This document shows positions 61,330-64,000 of a stretch of 64,000 bases of DNA, in pieces. The notes under the pieces are model-generated. The model did no database searches. It was not told the DNA's origin and worked only from the letters and a program-made list of their open reading frames with translations. The first letter of the stretch is position 1, and every line of letters begins with the position of its first letter. This stretch comes from an uncultured delta proteobacterium (GTDB taxonomy: Bacteria; Desulfobacterota; Binatia; UBA9968), in contig CAVUVW010000014.1 in the NCBI GenBank assembly GCA_963745035.1, positions 640,001 through 704,000 of the forward strand. Direction: 5' to 3'. Both the position numbers and the translations under genes were made by a program.

Positions 61330-62052
61330 GTGATGCGTAGGCGAAAAGAATTGCCGTGCAAACTCGTGCTTGCCGCTTTCAAGTTTTTGACAATCTGGGG
61401 TTCCTTTGGCGCAAGGAGTCCGACGCCCGATACCATTGGCAGGGCGGCAGGATATTTTATTTATGTCGGTTTGCTTCTTGGCTTGCTGCTCGCGCTCGCG
61501 AATTACGTTCTGGCGTCCCACCTTGATGTGGGGATTCTCGGTCTGGTTCTCGTCGCGCTTTTGATTACAGCCACCGGCGCGCGCCATTTGAGCGGCCTGA
61601 AAGATAGTTTTACGGCGCTCGGTGGATTCGATGGAGAAGGGAACGAGGCTTTGGGTTTCGCGACCGTCGCTTTAGTCATTCTGTTCAAGAGCGCGGCAGC
61701 CGAAAGCATGGATGAAATCGCGACCCTAAGCTGGCTGCTCACACCGGTTTTGGCGCGCTGGGGCCTGGTGATTTTTCTCTACGGCTACCATACACGCTTT
61801 GACGAGACCGTCCGCCAAATTGCCGAGCATACAAATTTCGTTCCGGTGCTCGCAAGCACTACGGCAACGCTCGCGCTGTTGGCTTATTTTTTGGGCCGCA
61901 AGGGACTTTGGATCGCGCTCGCCGTGTCGATCTTCGCATTATCGCTGCGCGCGCTTTTCTTTAGGCGGCACGCGGTAGTCTCTCGGTCCAACCTCGGCGC
62001 CGTCGTCGAGCTCGGCGAAGCGCTGAGCCTCGTCTTATTGGCCTCCTTGTAA
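61330..62052 (+). CDS. cobS: CobS-like (cobalamin-5'-phosphate synthase family) membrane protein with degenerate motifs
   Basis: AFKFLT, VGLLLG, TGARHLSGLKD (cf. TGGLHLDGL.D), NLGAVVELGE (cf. D.LGA..E..E). Confidence 0.7.
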   Translation: MMRRRKELPCKLVLAAFKFLTIWGSFGARSPTPDTIGRAAGYFIYVGLLLGLLLALANYVLASHLDVGILGLVLVALLITATGARHLSGLKDSFTALGGFDGEGNEALGFATVALVILFKSAAAESMDEIATLSWLLTPVLARWGLVIFLYGYHTRFDETVRQIAEHTNFVPVLASTTATLALLAYFLGRKGLWIALAVSIFALSLRALFFRRHAVVSRSNLGAVVELGEALSLVLLASL

Positions 62053-62077
62053 ACCACAAGCGCCGTGCTCCGCCAAA

Positions 62078-62953
62078 ATGGAACTACTCAAACCTCTCTC
62101 TCCCGTCATTCCCGTCTTCTTGCTGATCGCGGTGGGCTTCCTGTTCGCTCAATGGAAAAAGATCAGCTTGAGCTCGGTGACTGAAATCGTCGTTTACCTG
62201 GGCACGCCCTCGCTGGTATTCGGCTCGCTCGCGAGCAAACCCCTTCATCCGGCCGATATCGGCGTGCTTTGCGCCGGCACCTTGCTGATCTTTGCCGGCG
62301 TCGGCCTGCTGATCCGCTTGTATTTCTTGTGCTTTCGCTTCAGCTCGCGCGGCTTCGCCCTGCCGGCTTTATTCATGAACGCCGGCAATATGGGCATTCC
62401 ACTGGCCTTGTTCGCTTTCGGCCAAGCCGGTTTTCAACGCGCGACCTTGATGTTCGTCATCATCACGTTTCTGCAATATTCGCTCGGGATCTACATCCTC
62501 AACGGCCGCAGCAACTGGACGGAAATTTTTCGCCTGCCGTTGATCTATGCCGCCTTGGCCGGTCTGTGCGTTAATTTGTCGCAAGTAAAGATTCCCGAGC
62601 TTCTGCTGCAACCGGTCACCATGCTCGGCCAGGCGATCATACCGATCATGCTCATCAGCTTGGGATACCGGCTGCGCCAGGTGGAGTCGCTGCAGCTCGG
62701 CCACGCGCTCGGCGGCGCGCTAGTGCGTATTCTCGGCGGCTTCGCCGCGGCGAGCATCGCGGTGTATTTGATCGGCGCCGAAGGCGTCAACCGCCAGGTT
62801 TTGTTGCTCTACGGCGCGCTTCCCGCGGCGGTCGTCAACTTCATCTTGACCGAAAAATATCGCCAGGATCCGGCGCTGGCGGCATCCATCGTCGTGCTCA
62901 GCACGTTTCTGTCGATATTCACGATACCGATCGCCCTTTGGTTAATTCTGTGA
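62078..62953 (+). CDS. AEC (auxin efflux carrier) family transporter
   Basis: PSLVF, FMNAGNMGIPL, PIMLISLG, PAAV..A.IVVLST. Confidence 0.9.
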   Translation: MELLKPLSPVIPVFLLIAVGFLFAQWKKISLSSVTEIVVYLGTPSLVFGSLASKPLHPADIGVLCAGTLLIFAGVGLLIRLYFLCFRFSSRGFALPALFMNAGNMGIPLALFAFGQAGFQRATLMFVIITFLQYSLGIYILNGRSNWTEIFRLPLIYAALAGLCVNLSQVKIPELLLQPVTMLGQAIIPIMLISLGYRLRQVESLQLGHALGGALVRILGGFAAASIAVYLIGAEGVNRQVLLLYGALPAAVVNFILTEKYRQDPALAASIVVLSTFLSIFTIPIALWLIL

Positions 62954-63200
62954 AGTAATCGCCGCTTGGCCGTCGCCGACAACGCCGGGACGACCTTACG
63001 GCCGCAAGATCTACCGTGATTGGCGGCGATCTGATGAAGGAGAGTCGAAGTTGATTAAATCGAACAGGTAGAAATTTACAGGATAAAAGCAGCTCGAGAA
63101 GTCTGTTCTTCACGTCAATGAAACTTGGGGTCAGGAAGTTTGCGGCACATACCGTTCTGTCAGCGCAGATTCAAGTAACCAAGAGCGGCTCAAAGTTAGC

Positions 63201-63229
63201 TTGACAAGCTTTTTCGCGCATTATAGTTT
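63201..63229 (+). promoter_or_regulatory. Putative sigma-70 promoter for the riboswitch-led transcript
   Basis: TTGACA at 63201 and TATAGT/TAGTTT at 63222-63229, directly before the riboswitch. Confidence 0.6.
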
Positions 63230-63244
63230 CCGCCTACAAATTTC

Positions 63245-63404
63245 ACGGCGTTAGGTTCAAAGGGAAGCCGGTGAAAATCCGGCACGGTCCCGCCACTGTG
63301 ATGGCTACGAAAGCCGCAACTAGCCACTGTCCTGAGTTAAAGCTAGGGATGGGAAGGCGCGGCGAGTAGAAAAAAGCCTGAGTCAGGAAACCTGCCTAGC
63401 GCGT
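63245..63404 (+). ncRNA. Cobalamin riboswitch
   Basis: aaagggaagccggtgaaaatccggcacggtcccgccactgtg ... gccactg ... gggaagg ... B12-box agtcaggaaacctgcc. Confidence 0.93.
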
Positions 63405-63474
63405 TACGACCGGCCTCTCCGGAGAAGAGAGAAAGGTTTCCATATCTTTCCCACTCGGTTGAGGCCAATCGGCG

Positions 63475-64000
63475 ATGATTATGAGATTGGTCTCTTTCTT
63501 TGTTCTCTCTGTAGCTTTACACGCCGCCGCACTGGTTTATCCCGTTTCATTCGGCGGCCGAAGTCAGGTGGAACTGATCGAGGCAACTATTTTGCCAATC
63601 GAGCAAGAATCGATTGGCGAAATAGGCGACGGCGGGAGCGCAAATCCGGCGCTGGCGGCCCGTGCGAAGCCGGCGAAGCGCGCAGCGCGGGCTGCTCGGG
63701 CCAGAGCCCTATTGGAGCCAACCGCGATGGCCCCGGCGCCGACAGCGATCAATCACAGCAGCGACGCAGAGCCGAAGACCTTGCCTGTCGAAACATCAGA
63801 CGGGCCGAGCGACGGCCGCATTGCGTTAGTTTCGGCAATCGCAAATTCCGCCGCGACTCAGAGCGGCGCGCTCTTGGGTTCCCTCGGCAACAGCGTAAAG
63901 GGCAGCGGTACGAGCGGCAATGCAAGCGGTGGCAGCGGCTTGGGATCGTCAGGCACAGCTTCCGGGCAGGGCTCGGCCGAGAACGGCGTCCTCGCCACCC
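63475..64000 (+). CDS. TonB-family energy transducer, 3'-truncated by window edge
   Basis: Open frame MIMRLVSFFVLSVALHAAALVYP with a TonB-type SxxxH TM motif and an Ala/Pro/Gly-rich linker, downstream of the B12 riboswitch. Confidence 0.65.
   Translation, partial: MIMRLVSFFVLSVALHAAALVYPVSFGGRSQVELIEATILPIEQESIGEIGDGGSANPALAARAKPAKRAARAARARALLEPTAMAPAPTAINHSSDAEPKTLPVETSDGPSDGRIALVSAIANSAATQSGALLGSLGNSVKGSGTSGNASGGSGLGSSGTASGQGSAENGVLAT

Overview
GC-rich bacterial chromosome segment. Gene style and intergenic repeats suggest a Deltaproteobacteria-like lineage such as Candidatus Binatia (inference only). Four blocks are visible. (1) 1-31 kb: a carbohydrate-storage, stress and envelope island with glgP, a glgX remnant, xfp, zwf, a ClsC-like PLD, a GH63-like glucosidase, SemiSWEET, GH13, EAL, USP, YdiK, SYLF, AsmA-like and DUF4105 genes. 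Seven intergenic copies of a 20-bp palindrome (TATTGGAC-N4-GTCCAATA) punctuate it, with a core like the mycobacterial DosR box. (2) 32-36 kb: EamA, MOSC, ICL/PEP-mutase and nitroreductase-like genes. (3) 36-44.5 kb: an ECF-controlled metal/redox module. Cupin anti-sigma, ECF sigma and RskA-like anti-sigma are divergent from cupredoxin, a His-bundle repeat lipoprotein, DUF4331, TPR and an RcnA/HoxN-like transporter. Matching AAATCC-N17-CGTAG promoters face both ways. (4) 44.5-64 kb: GNAT, LLM, AMDase-like and thiD genes, a co-directional run gyrB-gyrA-gpsA-rpmH-rnpA-yidD-yidC-jag-ispG-proS-pyrF with no dnaA, a degenerate CobS homologue, an AEC transporter, and a cobalamin riboswitch before a TonB-like gene. 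Several single-base frameshifts may be assembly errors. No CRISPR, tRNA, rRNA or transposase was seen.
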